Program-made: the position numbers and the translations under genes
The notes under the pieces: model-generated
Told to the model about the DNA's origin: nothing
What the model saw: the letters and a program-made list of their open reading frames with translations, nothing else
Database searches by the model: none
Source of the DNA: Lentisphaerota bacterium
GTDB lineage: Bacteria; Verrucomicrobiota; Kiritimatiellia; RFP12; UBA1067
Assembly: GCA_015061665.1 (NCBI GenBank)
Contig: SUWC01000003.1
Location: forward strand, 23,292-87,291
Direction: 5' to 3'
DNA: 64,000 nucleotides
Part shown: piece by piece, positions 10,182 through 19,942 of the stretch
How the letters are laid out: every line of letters starts with the position of its first letter
Position numbering within the stretch: position 1 is the stretch's first letter

Positions 10182-12311
10182 TTAGTACAGAAACAACATG
10201 TCGCGGTACTTCGGGAGCGGCCAGCGCGCGTCGGAGACGCGCTTCTCCATTGCGTCCACCGTAGTGCGAAGCGCCTTCATGGACGAAAGTATCTCGCCTT
10301 CGGCTGCTTCCGCGCACGCGGCCCTTCCGAGCGCGTCCTCGAGTTTGCCGATCTCGTTCCTGAGCGCGTCAAGCCCGGCACCGAGTTCGACGACGTTCTC
10401 GCGCAGCGCCAAGGTTCCTGACGCGATCCCCGCCTTGCCCGCCTTGCTGAACGCCTCGAGCGACTCGAGGTACTCCGCCTTGACGGCAGGGAAGATCATC
10501 TCGGACGCGATGTCGCGCGCGCATGCGCCTTCGATCCTGACTTTCTTCGCGTATTCCTCGAGGAAAATCTCGTGGCGGCTTTCGAGCTCGCGCTTCGTCA
10601 TGACGCCGAATTTCTCGAAGAGCGCCGCATTCTCGGGCTTTGCGAGCGCGGCGAGCGCGGAAGGCGTATCCGGCGCGTTGGGCAGTCCCCTTTTCTCGGC
10701 TTCCTTCGGCCACTCGGCCTCGTATCCGTTGCCGTTGAACACGACGCGCTTGTGGGCCTTGAGCGACGACTGAAGGACCTTCTGCAGGGTGTCGTGGAAC
10801 CTGGCAGTGTGCTCGCCTGGCTTGATTGAAGCGACGAACGACTCCCCTCCAAGCTCCTTCTCCAGCTCGCACGCTATGCGGTCGACGGATTCCGCGACGA
10901 TCGTGTTGAGCACGGTCATGGGACCCGAACAGCAGACGCTTGAGCCAGGCGCGCGGAACTCGAACTTATTTCCGGTGAACGCGAACGGCGACGTGCGGTT
11001 GCGGTCCGTCGCGTCCTTCGGCAGCGGCGGCAGGGTGTCCACGCCTATCTTCAGCGTGTCAGCCTTCTTTGCCTCGCCTGCGACGCCGCTCTCGATGCGG
11101 TCGACGACTTCTGCGAGCTGGTCGCCGAGGTAGATAGAGATCACTGCTGGCGGCGCTTCGTTAGCTCCGAGGCGATGGTCGTTGCCTGCGCCTGCGACGG
11201 AGGCGCGCAGGAGGTCCGCATGCTTGTCGACGGCTTCAATGACTGCGCAAAGGACCGTGAGGAAGACGGCGTTCTCGTGGGGATTGGTGCCGGGGTCGAG
11301 CAGGTTCTTGCCGCCATAGGCGACGGACCAGTTGTTGTGCTTGCCCGAGCCGTTGACCCCTGCATACGGCTTCTCGTGGAGCAGGCACTTGAGCCCGTGC
11401 TTCTCCGCTACGCCCCTGAGCGTGTCCATGACGAGCATGTTGTGGTCCGAGGCGAGGTTGAGTTCCTCAAACTGCGGCGCAAGCTCGAACTGCGCGGGCG
11501 CGACCTCGTTGTGGCGCGTTTTCGCCGGTATGCCGAGCTTCCAGAGATCCTTCTCGACGTCGTTCATGAACGAGAGCACGCGGTCGGGGATCGTTCCGAA
11601 GTAGTGGTCTTCGAGCTGCTGGCCCTTCGCGGACGGCGCGCCGAAGAGCGTTCGGCCCGTGAGGACGAGGTCGGGACGCTTCTTCCAGTATTCCTTGTCC
11701 ACGAGAAAGTACTCCTGCTCCGCGCCGAGCGTGCACGCCGAATGCGCCTCGGGGCGGCCGAACAGCTTCATGAGCCTCTTCAGCGACTTGTCCAGCGCCT
11801 GCATGGAACGGAGAAGCGGTGTCTTCTTGTCGAGCGATTCGCCGGTGTACGCGCAGAACGCGGTAGGGATGCACAAGGTCGCGCCGTTCGAGTGGCGCTT
11901 GATGAACGCAGGGGAAGTCGGATCCCACGCCGTGTAGCCGCGCGCCTCGAAGGTGGAGCGGATGCCGCCCGACGGGAACGAGCTCGCGTCCGGCTCGCCG
12001 ACGATGAGGTTCTTTCCGCTGAACTGCATGATAGGTTCGCCGTCCTTGAGCTCAAGGAACGAGTCGTGCTTTTCGGCCGTAGAGCCGGTCATGGGAAGGA
12101 ACCAGTGCGTGTAGTGAGTCGCTCCGCGGTCCATCGCCCAATGGCGGATTCCATGCGCGACCTCGCCCGCGATTGACGGATCAAGCGGCTTGCCTTCCCG
12201 AATCGTCGCCTGCAGCTTCTTCGCCGTATCCTTGCTCAGATATGTCTGTATCGCCTCTTCGCCGAACACGTCGGCGCCAAAGTCTGTCGCCTTCTTTGTC
12301 TCTTCAGTCAT
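10182..12311 (-). CDS. glnA: Glutamine synthetase type III
   Basis: Motifs THYTHWFLPMTGSTAEKHD, EPDASSFPSGGIRSTFEARGYTAWD, HEKPYAGVNGSGKHNNWS, DRNRTSPFAFTGNKFEFR. Confidence 0.97.
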   Translation of the reverse strand: MTEETKKATDFGADVFGEEAIQTYLSKDTAKKLQATIREGKPLDPSIAGEVAHGIRHWAMDRGATHYTHWFLPMTGSTAEKHDSFLELKDGEPIMQFSGKNLIVGEPDASSFPSGGIRSTFEARGYTAWDPTSPAFIKRHSNGATLCIPTAFCAYTGESLDKKTPLLRSMQALDKSLKRLMKLFGRPEAHSACTLGAEQEYFLVDKEYWKKRPDLVLTGRTLFGAPSAKGQQLEDHYFGTIPDRVLSFMNDVEKDLWKLGIPAKTRHNEVAPAQFELAPQFEELNLASDHNMLVMDTLRGVAEKHGLKCLLHEKPYAGVNGSGKHNNWSVAYGGKNLLDPGTNPHENAVFLTVLCAVIEAVDKHADLLRASVAGAGNDHRLGANEAPPAVISIYLGDQLAEVVDRIESGVAGEAKKADTLKIGVDTLPPLPKDATDRNRTSPFAFTGNKFEFRAPGSSVCCSGPMTVLNTIVAESVDRIACELEKELGGESFVASIKPGEHTARFHDTLQKVLQSSLKAHKRVVFNGNGYEAEWPKEAEKRGLPNAPDTPSALAALAKPENAALFEKFGVMTKRELESRHEIFLEEYAKKVRIEGACARDIASEMIFPAVKAEYLESLEAFSKAGKAGIASGTLALRENVVELGAGLDALRNEIGKLEDALGRAACAEAAEGEILSSMKALRTTVDAMEKRVSDARWPLPKYRDMLFLY

Positions 12312-12352
12312 TGTCGCGTTTTCCTTTCCGGGGCTTTCCCCGCAGAGCATGT

Positions 12353-12369
12353 AGCACACTCCGTGCCAA
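12353..12369 (-). promoter_or_regulatory. Sigma54 (-24/-12) promoter of the glnA-purF-carA-pyrG-carB run
   Basis: TTGGCACGGAGTGTGCT on the minus strand, with exact GG-N10-GC spacing, about 40 bp above the glnA ATG. Confidence 0.8.
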
Positions 12370-12614
12370 AGGCGTCCAAACGCAGCTTCAACGGAAATAT
12401 ATCGTTTTCTCCACCCCATCCTGACATTTTTTTGTCGAAAAGCAGGCAGTTCGTTACAAAAATTGTAATTGGCTGGTGGGATGCTGCCATAGACTCAAGC
12501 TATGGTTCGTCGAGCATGTTTCCGATTACCACTTCACCCGCCGGATTTGCGATAATGTCTGTGTTGTCCCCGCTCCACAAATCCCCACCCGGAGCGGGGC
12601 AACCTAACTGAACC

Positions 12615-14009
12615 ATGAGAGAAGAAAATACCATAGTTTCGGCCGCGCTCGACGCGCGCTTCTTCGCTCCTCTGCGGCGAGGGCGCACGCGGCGCGTTGG
12701 CGTCGAACTCGAGTTTCCGGTCTGGAATCTCGCGTCCGGAAGAGCAACCGACTTCGCCGCCGTTCACGAGGCGACCGGGGACTTCCTCTCTCGTTTTCCG
12801 TTTTCCGATCAGGTACGTGACGACCAGGGTGCCATATATCGCGCGACCGATCCGGCGACACGCGACGAGCTTTCCTTCGACTGCTCCTACAACACGCTGG
12901 AACTGTCGTTCGGTCCAGACGAGGACATAACCGCAACTCGCCGCCGCTTCATCGCCTACTACGCCGCGCTTCAGGAGGCGCTCGGACGCCACGGGCACGC
13001 CCTGACGGGAATGGGCATCAATCCGCGCTGGCGCGAGAACCGCCCCGAGCCGATCGGGAACGGACGATACAGAATGCTCCTCCACCACCTCAAGTCCTAC
13101 TCCAAGTACGGCGGCTCGCCGCAGTTCCACGACCATCCCGACTTCGGCCTCTTTTCCTGCTCTTCGCAGACACAGGTGGACGCGGACGAGGAGACGGTCG
13201 TCGCGACGATAAACGCCTTCAACCTCCTGGAGCCGTTTAAGGCGGTCCTCTTCGCGAACTCTCCCTTCGGACAGCGGCACGAGACGCTTTGCGGACGCGA
13301 CAGCCTGTGGAGCAGGAGCCTCCACGGACTCAACCCGCACAACTGCGGCATGTACGGCGTCACGATACGCTCGCTTTCAGACATCCTCGGCTATCTCGAG
13401 TCGACGAGCATCTACTGCGTCGAGCGCGGCGAAAAATACATCAACTTCCCGCCCGTTCCGCTGCGCGACTACCTCCGTCTCGGCGGCTTCTCCGGGGAGT
13501 ACTGGGACGCTGCGGCGAATGTGCACCTTCCGTGCATCGTGCGTCCGCAGCCCTCGGACGTCGCCTGGCTGCGTCCGTTCAAGTTCGAGGACCTCACCCA
13601 GCGAGGTACAGTTGAGTTCCGTTCAGTCTGCGAGCAGCCCGTCCGCGAGGCGTTCGCATCCGCCGCGTTCCACGCCGGACTCGCCGAGCGCGTCGACGAG
13701 CTTCTCGCGCTGCTGTCCGAGGACACGGTCCTATACGGACACGGCTACGGCGCGACGGAGCTGCGAGGAATGATGATATGCCGAGCCTGGCCGTCGTTCG
13801 TCGACCGCGCGGACCTCACGGCGCAGCTTCATCGCATCCTAGATATCGCCGAAAATGGACTCGCGCTCCGTGGATTCGGCGAAGAGCCGCTTCTCGCCCC
13901 GCTGCGCGAGCGAGCCGATACGCTCGCAAGCCCCGCGAGGGAGCATCTCTCCCGACTCGAGCGCGGCGAATCGCTCGACTCGATCGCAGTGGATTACGGC
14001 AGTCTGTAG
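12615..14009 (+). CDS. Glutamate-cysteine ligase (GCS2/GshA-like) family protein
   Basis: Motifs RVGVELEFP, LELSFGP, SSQTQVD, LFANSPF, GTVEFRS. Confidence 0.8.
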   Translation: MREENTIVSAALDARFFAPLRRGRTRRVGVELEFPVWNLASGRATDFAAVHEATGDFLSRFPFSDQVRDDQGAIYRATDPATRDELSFDCSYNTLELSFGPDEDITATRRRFIAYYAALQEALGRHGHALTGMGINPRWRENRPEPIGNGRYRMLLHHLKSYSKYGGSPQFHDHPDFGLFSCSSQTQVDADEETVVATINAFNLLEPFKAVLFANSPFGQRHETLCGRDSLWSRSLHGLNPHNCGMYGVTIRSLSDILGYLESTSIYCVERGEKYINFPPVPLRDYLRLGGFSGEYWDAAANVHLPCIVRPQPSDVAWLRPFKFEDLTQRGTVEFRSVCEQPVREAFASAAFHAGLAERVDELLALLSEDTVLYGHGYGATELRGMMICRAWPSFVDRADLTAQLHRILDIAENGLALRGFGEEPLLAPLRERADTLASPAREHLSRLERGESLDSIAVDYGSL

Positions 14010-14020
14010 GAGGCACCGCC

Positions 14021-15274
14021 ATGATAGACGTCAGACTTCCAGAGTTGCGGGCGTACGCGTTCGAGGGTAACTTCGGTCTCGAACGCGAGGCGCTGCGCGT
14101 GACGGGCGAGGGACGGATGGCGCACACGCCGCATCCGTTCTCCGCCGACCATCCGCGCATCGTCCGCGACTTCTGCGAGAACCAGACGGAGATCAACACG
14201 CGCGTCTGGCCGAGCGCAGAGGAGGCTGTGACGGAGCTTGAGGTGCTGAACGCGGACATGCTTCGGGAGATCGCCGCGAAGAACGGAGAGCTTCTGTGGC
14301 CGTTTTCGAATCCTCCTCCGCTCGGAGGCATTGAAGACGTCGTGCCCGCGAAGTTCACCGGACCGCTCGTCGGGAAGTCGGCGTATCGCGACTACCTTGC
14401 GGCGAAGTACGGACGCTACCTGATGACGTACTGCGGAATCCACGTCAACTTCTCCTTTGGCAAGCGCCTTCTCGCCGCGTCAGGTGTGGACAGAAACGCG
14501 CTTTATCTCCATGTCGCGTCCGAAGCGGTCGTCTGGGGTTGGATCGTCGTCGCCCTCACCGCGGCGAGTCCGGTTGCGGATTCGTCTCTGTTCCTTCTTG
14601 GCGGCGGAGGCGGCGATGTCTTCTCCGGCTTTGCGTCGCTGCGCTGCGGCGATCTCGGATACTGGAACCACTTTGCTCCTGTATACGACTACTCGGACGT
14701 AAAGGCATACGCCGACGCGATACGCGAATATGTTCGCCGAGGACTCATAGCCGCGCCGAGCGAACTTTACTATCCCGTGCGCCTCAAGCCGCGCGGCGCG
14801 AACAGACTCGAGACCCTGGAGGCGGAGGGAATCGATCACCTGGAGCTCAGATGCGTAGACCTGAATCCTCTTGCGCACGGACTCGTCGACGCGCGCGACA
14901 TAAGGTTCGTTCAGCTCTTTCTCCTGTGGTGCGCGGCGCGTCCGCAGGCGCGGCTCACCGAGTTCGTGCAGGTCCAGTCCGTGCGCAACTTCAAGAACGC
15001 CGCGCGCTACGACCTCGACCTCGCGAGCATCACGCTTCCCGACGGCGCGTCCGCGTCCGTCCGCGACACGGGGCTCAGGCTGCTCGACTCGATGGGCCGG
15101 TTCTTCGCGGACTTCCCGCGCAGCGAGGCGGCGGAGATAATTGCGTTCGAGCGCAGGAAGCTGGAGCACCCCAAAAGTCGCTACGCGGCGCAGGTCCTTG
15201 AGCGCTTCGGAGGAACGTATGCGGAAAAAGGGCTGGCGCTCGCCCGGAAGCTGACGGAGGACGCCAATGTGTGA
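14021..15274 (+). CDS. Glutamate-cysteine ligase (GshA-like domain)
   Basis: Motifs FGLEREALRV, DFCENQTEINT, CGIHVNFSF, ELYYPVRLK, HLELRCVDLNP. AGGAGG ribosome-binding site before ATG 14021. Confidence 0.85.
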   Translation: MIDVRLPELRAYAFEGNFGLEREALRVTGEGRMAHTPHPFSADHPRIVRDFCENQTEINTRVWPSAEEAVTELEVLNADMLREIAAKNGELLWPFSNPPPLGGIEDVVPAKFTGPLVGKSAYRDYLAAKYGRYLMTYCGIHVNFSFGKRLLAASGVDRNALYLHVASEAVVWGWIVVALTAASPVADSSLFLLGGGGGDVFSGFASLRCGDLGYWNHFAPVYDYSDVKAYADAIREYVRRGLIAAPSELYYPVRLKPRGANRLETLEAEGIDHLELRCVDLNPLAHGLVDARDIRFVQLFLLWCAARPQARLTEFVQVQSVRNFKNAARYDLDLASITLPDGASASVRDTGLRLLDSMGRFFADFPRSEAAEIIAFERRKLEHPKSRYAAQVLERFGGTYAEKGLALARKLTEDANV

Positions 15275-16043
15275 GCTTCTTGGGTTTTCATCGCGTCGGC
15301 GCAGAAACGCCACGCCACTCCTGCGGGAGTTCTTCTCGCACGCCGAGCGGCATCCGCACGGATGGGGCCTCGCGCGCTTCGAGAACGCGTCCGCTCCGCA
15401 GATCGAGAAGGAGCCGGTGAAGGCGACCGAGAGCGAGACTCTGCAGCAAATTCTAAACGAAGGCGTTGAGGCGCAAACGCTACTCGGGCACATTCGCCTC
15501 GCGACGGTCGGGACGATAGAATACGCGAACTGCCATCCGTTCTCAGAGGCGGACAACTACGGACGAGTCTGGACGCTCGTCCACAACGGGACTATTTTCT
15601 CGGGCGCGGCGCTCAACGGATATCTTGGCGTACAGTTCGGCGAGACGGACTCGGAGCGCGTCCTTCTCCACTTCATCGCGCGCGTCAACCGCCAGCAGAT
15701 CAGGCTGGGGCGTCCGCTCGACGAAAAAGAGCGCTTCGACGTCCTAGCCTCCGCAATAGCCGCGCTCGCGAAGGGAAACAAGCTCAACCTGCTGATATTC
15801 GACGGTGAGGTGATGTATGCGCACACAAACTACAAGGGGGCGCTTCATTTCCTGAAGGACGAAGACTCGATTGCTTTTTCCACGCAGCCGCTTTCCGACG
15901 GCGAATGGCATCCGGTGCCGTTCACCTGCCTCGTCGCGACGAAGGACGGGAGTGTCATCCGAGAAAGCGCGCCGCACGGAAACGAGTACATACACAATCC
16001 CGAAGACTATCAGATGGTATACATGAACTACTCGAGGCTGTAG
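15267..16043 (+). CDS. Class II glutamine amidotransferase (YafJ/EgtC-like)
   Basis: N-terminal MCELLG, plus HPHGWGLA, GHIRLAT, NCHPF, HNG and GETDSE. Confidence 0.9.
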   Translation: MCELLGFSSRRRRNATPLLREFFSHAERHPHGWGLARFENASAPQIEKEPVKATESETLQQILNEGVEAQTLLGHIRLATVGTIEYANCHPFSEADNYGRVWTLVHNGTIFSGAALNGYLGVQFGETDSERVLLHFIARVNRQQIRLGRPLDEKERFDVLASAIAALAKGNKLNLLIFDGEVMYAHTNYKGALHFLKDEDSIAFSTQPLSDGEWHPVPFTCLVATKDGSVIRESAPHGNEYIHNPEDYQMVYMNYSRL

Positions 16044-16152
16044 TGCCATATACCGAGCATTCGCCGCGTAAGATTACATTCTCTGAAAATCTTGTGTCAC
16101 TTACGAACGCGCAAATGTAAGATGCGACGTACCATCAGTGCGATTAAACCTT

Positions 16153-16169
16153 TTGGCACAGTTTTTGCT
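16153..16169 (+). promoter_or_regulatory. Sigma54 promoter of glnK-amtB
   Basis: TTGGCACAGTTTTTGCT, near-consensus. Confidence 0.85.
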
Positions 16170-16183
16170 AAGTGATGGGCATC

Positions 16184-16525
16184 ATGAAACTCATCATAGC
16201 ATACATTCAGCCCGAACGACTCAACGCCGTCAAGCAGGCGCTGTGCACTCGGGAAATATACAAGATGTCCGTCACGAACGCACTTGGGTGCGGACAGCAG
16301 GGCGGCTACCTTCACATGTACCGCGGCGCCGTCGAGGAGGTGACGCTCCACAAGAAGATGCGCCTTGCGATCGGCGTGAACGACGAATACGTCGACAAGA
16401 CGATCGAGGCCATAGTGGAAGGCGCTCGCACCGGCGAGATCGGCGACGGAAAGATATTCGTCCTGCCGATGGACGAGTGCGTGCGCATTCGAACCGGCGA
16501 GCGCGGCCCGGCGGGGATAGGGTAA
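16184..16525 (+). CDS. glnK: Nitrogen regulatory protein P-II
   Basis: [14 protein letters not shown]-loop [25 protein letters not shown]. Lies directly upstream of amtB. Confidence 0.93.
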   Translation: MKLIIAYIQPERLNAVKQALCTREIYKMSVTNALGCGQQGGYLHMYRGAVEEVTLHKKMRLAIGVNDEYVDKTIEAIVEGARTGEIGDGKIFVLPMDECVRIRTGERGPAGIG

Positions 16526-16538
16526 ACAACAGAGAGTC

Positions 16539-16606
16539 TTAGACAGGATTCACAGGATTTACAAGATTTTAGGACAATCCTGTTAATCATGTAAATCCTG
16601 TCAAAA
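16539..16606. repeat. Family A palindrome, intergenic between glnK and amtB
   Basis: GACAGGATTCACAGGATTTACAAGATT...AATCCTGTTAATCATGTAAATCCTGTC. Confidence 0.95.
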
Positions 16607-16624
16607 AGAAGAAAGAACGAAAAC

Positions 16625-17920
16625 ATGGAACCTGAAATAACCACAGCAGCAGTCCAAACCAACCTCAACGTCGTCTGGACGCTTATCGCGGCAATACTTG
16701 TATTCACGATGCAAGCGGGCTTTGCGCTCGTCGAGACGGGCTTCACCCGCGCCAAGAACGCTGCGAACATCATGATGAAGAACCTGATGGACTTCGCTGC
16801 GGGCTCGCTCGCGTTCTACATCCTTGGCGCGGCGCTGATGTTCGGCGCAACTAAGGCGGCGGGATGGCTTGGATGGGGCGGACTCGGCATGCCGTCGCTC
16901 GCCAACGGCGAAGGCGTCTGGGACTGGACGTTCCTCTTCTTCCAGACTATGTTCGCCGCCACGGCCGCGACGATTGTCTCGGGTGCGGTCGCAGAGCGAA
17001 TCGAGTTCAAGAGCTACCTCATCTACTCGGTCATCATCTCGGCCATAGTCTATCCGATCAGCGGACACTGGATGTGGGGCTCGCTCGCGGGCGAGGCGTC
17101 GCAGGGCTGGATCGAGGCGCTCGGCTTCCACGACTTCGCCGGCTCGACCGTCGTCCACTCGGTCGGCGGTTGGATTGCGTTAGCGGGCGCGATCGCGCTC
17201 GGTCCGCGCATCGGCAAGTACCGCCACGACGGCAAGGCGAATCCGATCCCGGGGCACTCACTCGTCCTTGGAACGCTCGGCGTATTCCTTCTCTGGATCG
17301 GATGGTTCGGCTTCAACCCCGGCAGCTACACCCAGGGCATCGGCTCCATCGGACGCGTCGCGATGACGACAAACCTCGCCGCCTGCGCCGGCACGATATC
17401 CGCGCTCGTCACCGCTTGGGTCATCATGGGCAAGCCCGACCTCACGATGGCGCTCAACGGCTCGCTCGCGGGGCTCGTCGCGATCACCGCTCCGTGCGAC
17501 CTCGTGACGGCCAACGCCGCGATCGTCATCGGATTCGTCGGCGGCATATTCGCAGTCCTCTCGGTATTCGCGCTCGACAAGATGCACATCGACGATCCCG
17601 TCGGCGCCGTGTCGGTCCACTGCGTGAACGGCGTGTGGGGCACGCTCGCCGTCGGACTCTTCGCCGCGCCGTCAGCGGCGGGATACGGCAACGAGCTCGT
17701 CGGACTCTTCTACGGCGGCGGCTTCAAGTTCCTCGGCGTGCAGCTCCTCGGCGCGGGCGTCACCGCGGCCTGGGCGTTCGGCACGGGCGCGGCGATATTC
17801 TTCGCGCTGAAGAAGCTCGGCATCCTCCGCGTCAGCGCCACGACGGAACTGAAGGGACTCGACATCACCGAGCATGGACAGGACGCCTACGCCTCATTCC
17901 AGTTCTTCTCGAACACGTGA
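16625..17920 (+). CDS. amtB: Ammonium transporter
   Basis: Motifs MQAGFALVETG, DFAGSTVVHSVGG, LWIGWFGFNPGS, IDDPVGAVSVH. Confidence 0.97.
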   Translation: MEPEITTAAVQTNLNVVWTLIAAILVFTMQAGFALVETGFTRAKNAANIMMKNLMDFAAGSLAFYILGAALMFGATKAAGWLGWGGLGMPSLANGEGVWDWTFLFFQTMFAATAATIVSGAVAERIEFKSYLIYSVIISAIVYPISGHWMWGSLAGEASQGWIEALGFHDFAGSTVVHSVGGWIALAGAIALGPRIGKYRHDGKANPIPGHSLVLGTLGVFLLWIGWFGFNPGSYTQGIGSIGRVAMTTNLAACAGTISALVTAWVIMGKPDLTMALNGSLAGLVAITAPCDLVTANAAIVIGFVGGIFAVLSVFALDKMHIDDPVGAVSVHCVNGVWGTLAVGLFAAPSAAGYGNELVGLFYGGGFKFLGVQLLGAGVTAAWAFGTGAAIFFALKKLGILRVSATTELKGLDITEHGQDAYASFQFFSNT

Positions 17921-17966
17921 TGAAACTCCGTCATTCCAAATAGCACCTGTAAACATTAATCGCAAA

Positions 17967-18773
17967 ATGAAAATAACCACAGCATCAATGGCCGCCGTCT
18001 CGCTCGCGCTATGCGCGGGCGCAGCGGAGACAAACGAACTCACAAGCGCCGAGTCGTCCGGCGGATTCAAGGCCTCCGCAACAGTCGACTTCGTAAGCGA
18101 CGCCATGTGGCGCGGCATAATATACAACGACAACCCCGTCTGGCAGCCGTCCGCCACGATCGCCTACGACGCCGAGGAGCTCGGAACCGTCTCGGTCAAT
18201 GTCTGGGCAAGCCTCGATCTGACGCACAAGCGCGGAACGATGAACAAGTCGCGCAGGTCCTGCGGACTGCAGGAGATCGACTACACGCTCTCCTACGCGA
18301 ACAAGATTGGGCCCGTCGGCGTTGAAGCCGGACACATCTGGTACACGTTCCCGAACGACAACGGAGCATCCGACCAAGACCTCTACGCGACCGTCTCGTT
18401 CGACAACCCGGTGGCGACGCCATACGCGTCAGTCTACTGGAACTACTCGGACTCGTGCGGCAACGACACGTCCGCGGTATACTTCGACTTCGGCCTGTCG
18501 CGCGACTTCGAGCTGACCGAGGAGCTGACGCTCACGCCAAAGGCGACGCTTGGGTTCGGAGACCACGCGTACACCAACTCCAAGGGCGGGTCGGAGCTCA
18601 CCGACCAGACGCTCGGCGTTGCCGCAAGCTACGCTATCACGGAAAACCTATCTGTCGGCGCGCAGGTCAACTACACGTGGACACCTTCGCACACCCTCCG
18701 CAAGGAAGGATACATGGGCGAAGGCAAGGACCAGATCCTGTGGGGCGGTGTAAGCGTCTCAGTTGAGTTCTGA
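17967..18773 (+). CDS. Outer-membrane beta-barrel (TorF-like putative porin)
   Basis: Signal peptide, DFVSDAMWRG and EIDYTLSY, C-terminal Phe, and glnK-amtB context. Confidence 0.65.
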   Translation: MKITTASMAAVSLALCAGAAETNELTSAESSGGFKASATVDFVSDAMWRGIIYNDNPVWQPSATIAYDAEELGTVSVNVWASLDLTHKRGTMNKSRRSCGLQEIDYTLSYANKIGPVGVEAGHIWYTFPNDNGASDQDLYATVSFDNPVATPYASVYWNYSDSCGNDTSAVYFDFGLSRDFELTEELTLTPKATLGFGDHAYTNSKGGSELTDQTLGVAASYAITENLSVGAQVNYTWTPSHTLRKEGYMGEGKDQILWGGVSVSVEF

Positions 18774-18795
18774 CGCAGCCTTGAAACCAAATCTT

Positions 18796-18837
18796 GCCTG
18801 CGGCGGCGGTTTTCGTATTTGCACCGCCGCCGCAGGC
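18796..18837. terminator. Hairpin between convergent genes
   Basis: GCCTGCGGCGGCGGT...ACCGCCGCCGCAGGC, a 15-bp stem. Confidence 0.6.
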
Positions 18838-18879
18838 TCTTACCTATATCTGGGCCGCGTTAAAAAGCGACGTAAGCGT

Positions 18880-19515
18880 TTAGCGGAAAGAGATGTTCGC
18901 CGCGAGCACAATGACTACGGCGGCAAGCATGATGGCGGAAACAAGCTTCAGCGTAGCCGTTGCCTTCACGGACCCGACGAGCTTCGAGCGAAAGAAGTCT
19001 GCGGCGACGATGACCGGGAGATAGACGAACGGGACAAGCGCACAAAAGAGCGTCCCTAAGAGAAGCGTCTGGACGGCGGGCGGGAAAGACGAACTCGTGG
19101 ACGTGAAACTCGGCAGAAACGCCAGAAAAAAGAGAATGGTCAGCGGATTCGACATCGACATCGCGATTCCGCGAAGGACGAGGCGAAATCCGCGTGCCGT
19201 CGCGGGACGGAGGGCGTCAGGCGAAGAAGCTCGGAAGCTCCGAATGGCATCCGCGAATGAACAGTAGGCGAGATATGCGATATAAGCGGCGCCAACGACC
19301 TGTATTGCCGCCATTGTCGCCGGATGGGCGGTAAAGAACGAGGCGACGCCGGCAGTCAGCAGGAGTATCCAGAGCCAGCAGCCGGTCACAAGCCCCAGCA
19401 TCAGCGTCGCGGCACGGGCCTTGCCGTCCGACAGCGCCGTCGCGATGGTGCATGTAAGATCCGGCCCTGGCTTGACGATGAGCGCGAGCGAACCGATTAT
19501 GTAGGTGGTCAGCAT
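18880..19515 (-). CDS. LysE/RhtB family translocator
   Basis: Motifs KPGPD, GAAYIAYLAY, SNPLTILFFLAFLP. Confidence 0.88.
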   Translation of the reverse strand: MLTTYIIGSLALIVKPGPDLTCTIATALSDGKARAATLMLGLVTGCWLWILLLTAGVASFFTAHPATMAAIQVVGAAYIAYLAYCSFADAIRSFRASSPDALRPATARGFRLVLRGIAMSMSNPLTILFFLAFLPSFTSTSSSFPPAVQTLLLGTLFCALVPFVYLPVIVAADFFRSKLVGSVKATATLKLVSAIMLAAVVIVLAANISFR

Positions 19516-19942
19516 ACAGTTATTTTGTTTTTTTAGACGCACATTATATCATAATCCGCAGTGGTTTTGCTGCGATTCGCGAAAAACGAACTCCCCGGCG
19601 ATGTTTAAGGAAACACTATGCGCACATTCGACTATAGCCACATTCCTGACGAATTGCGAGACAACGATGGAGCGCACCCTCAAGCAATTCCTCGACTCCG
19701 GCCTTATCCGCAAGATCGGCGCCGGTCGTGGCGCGGCGTACAGCAAGTCGTAGAAGGCTGAGCCGACCCACATTTTGCAAATTGTGGGCCAGCCCGATCA
19801 CGCTACTTCACCGTCACGCGCAGGAAGAACACAGGTGCCATGCATTCTGCCAACCGCCAACCATCATCGGGCAGGTGTAGGCAATTGTTACACGCTCAAC
19901 AAGCAAGTGAACTCAAGCAATGACAAAGTGAAATACTAGGCA

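Noticed and set aside
10301-10328. Possible GTAG-like insert in glnA (LGRAACAEAA)
   Set aside because: Too degenerate to call without an orthologue alignment.
12480-12610. Riboswitch (e.g. glutamine) between glnA and the GCL-like operon
   Set aside because: Only a simple CCCCGCTCC...GGAGCGGGG hairpin; I recognised no riboswitch consensus.
19640-19753. Short winged-helix-like peptide (ERTLKQFLDSGLIRKIGAGRGAAY)
   Set aside because: Probably a gene remnant at the island edge, but too short to annotate.
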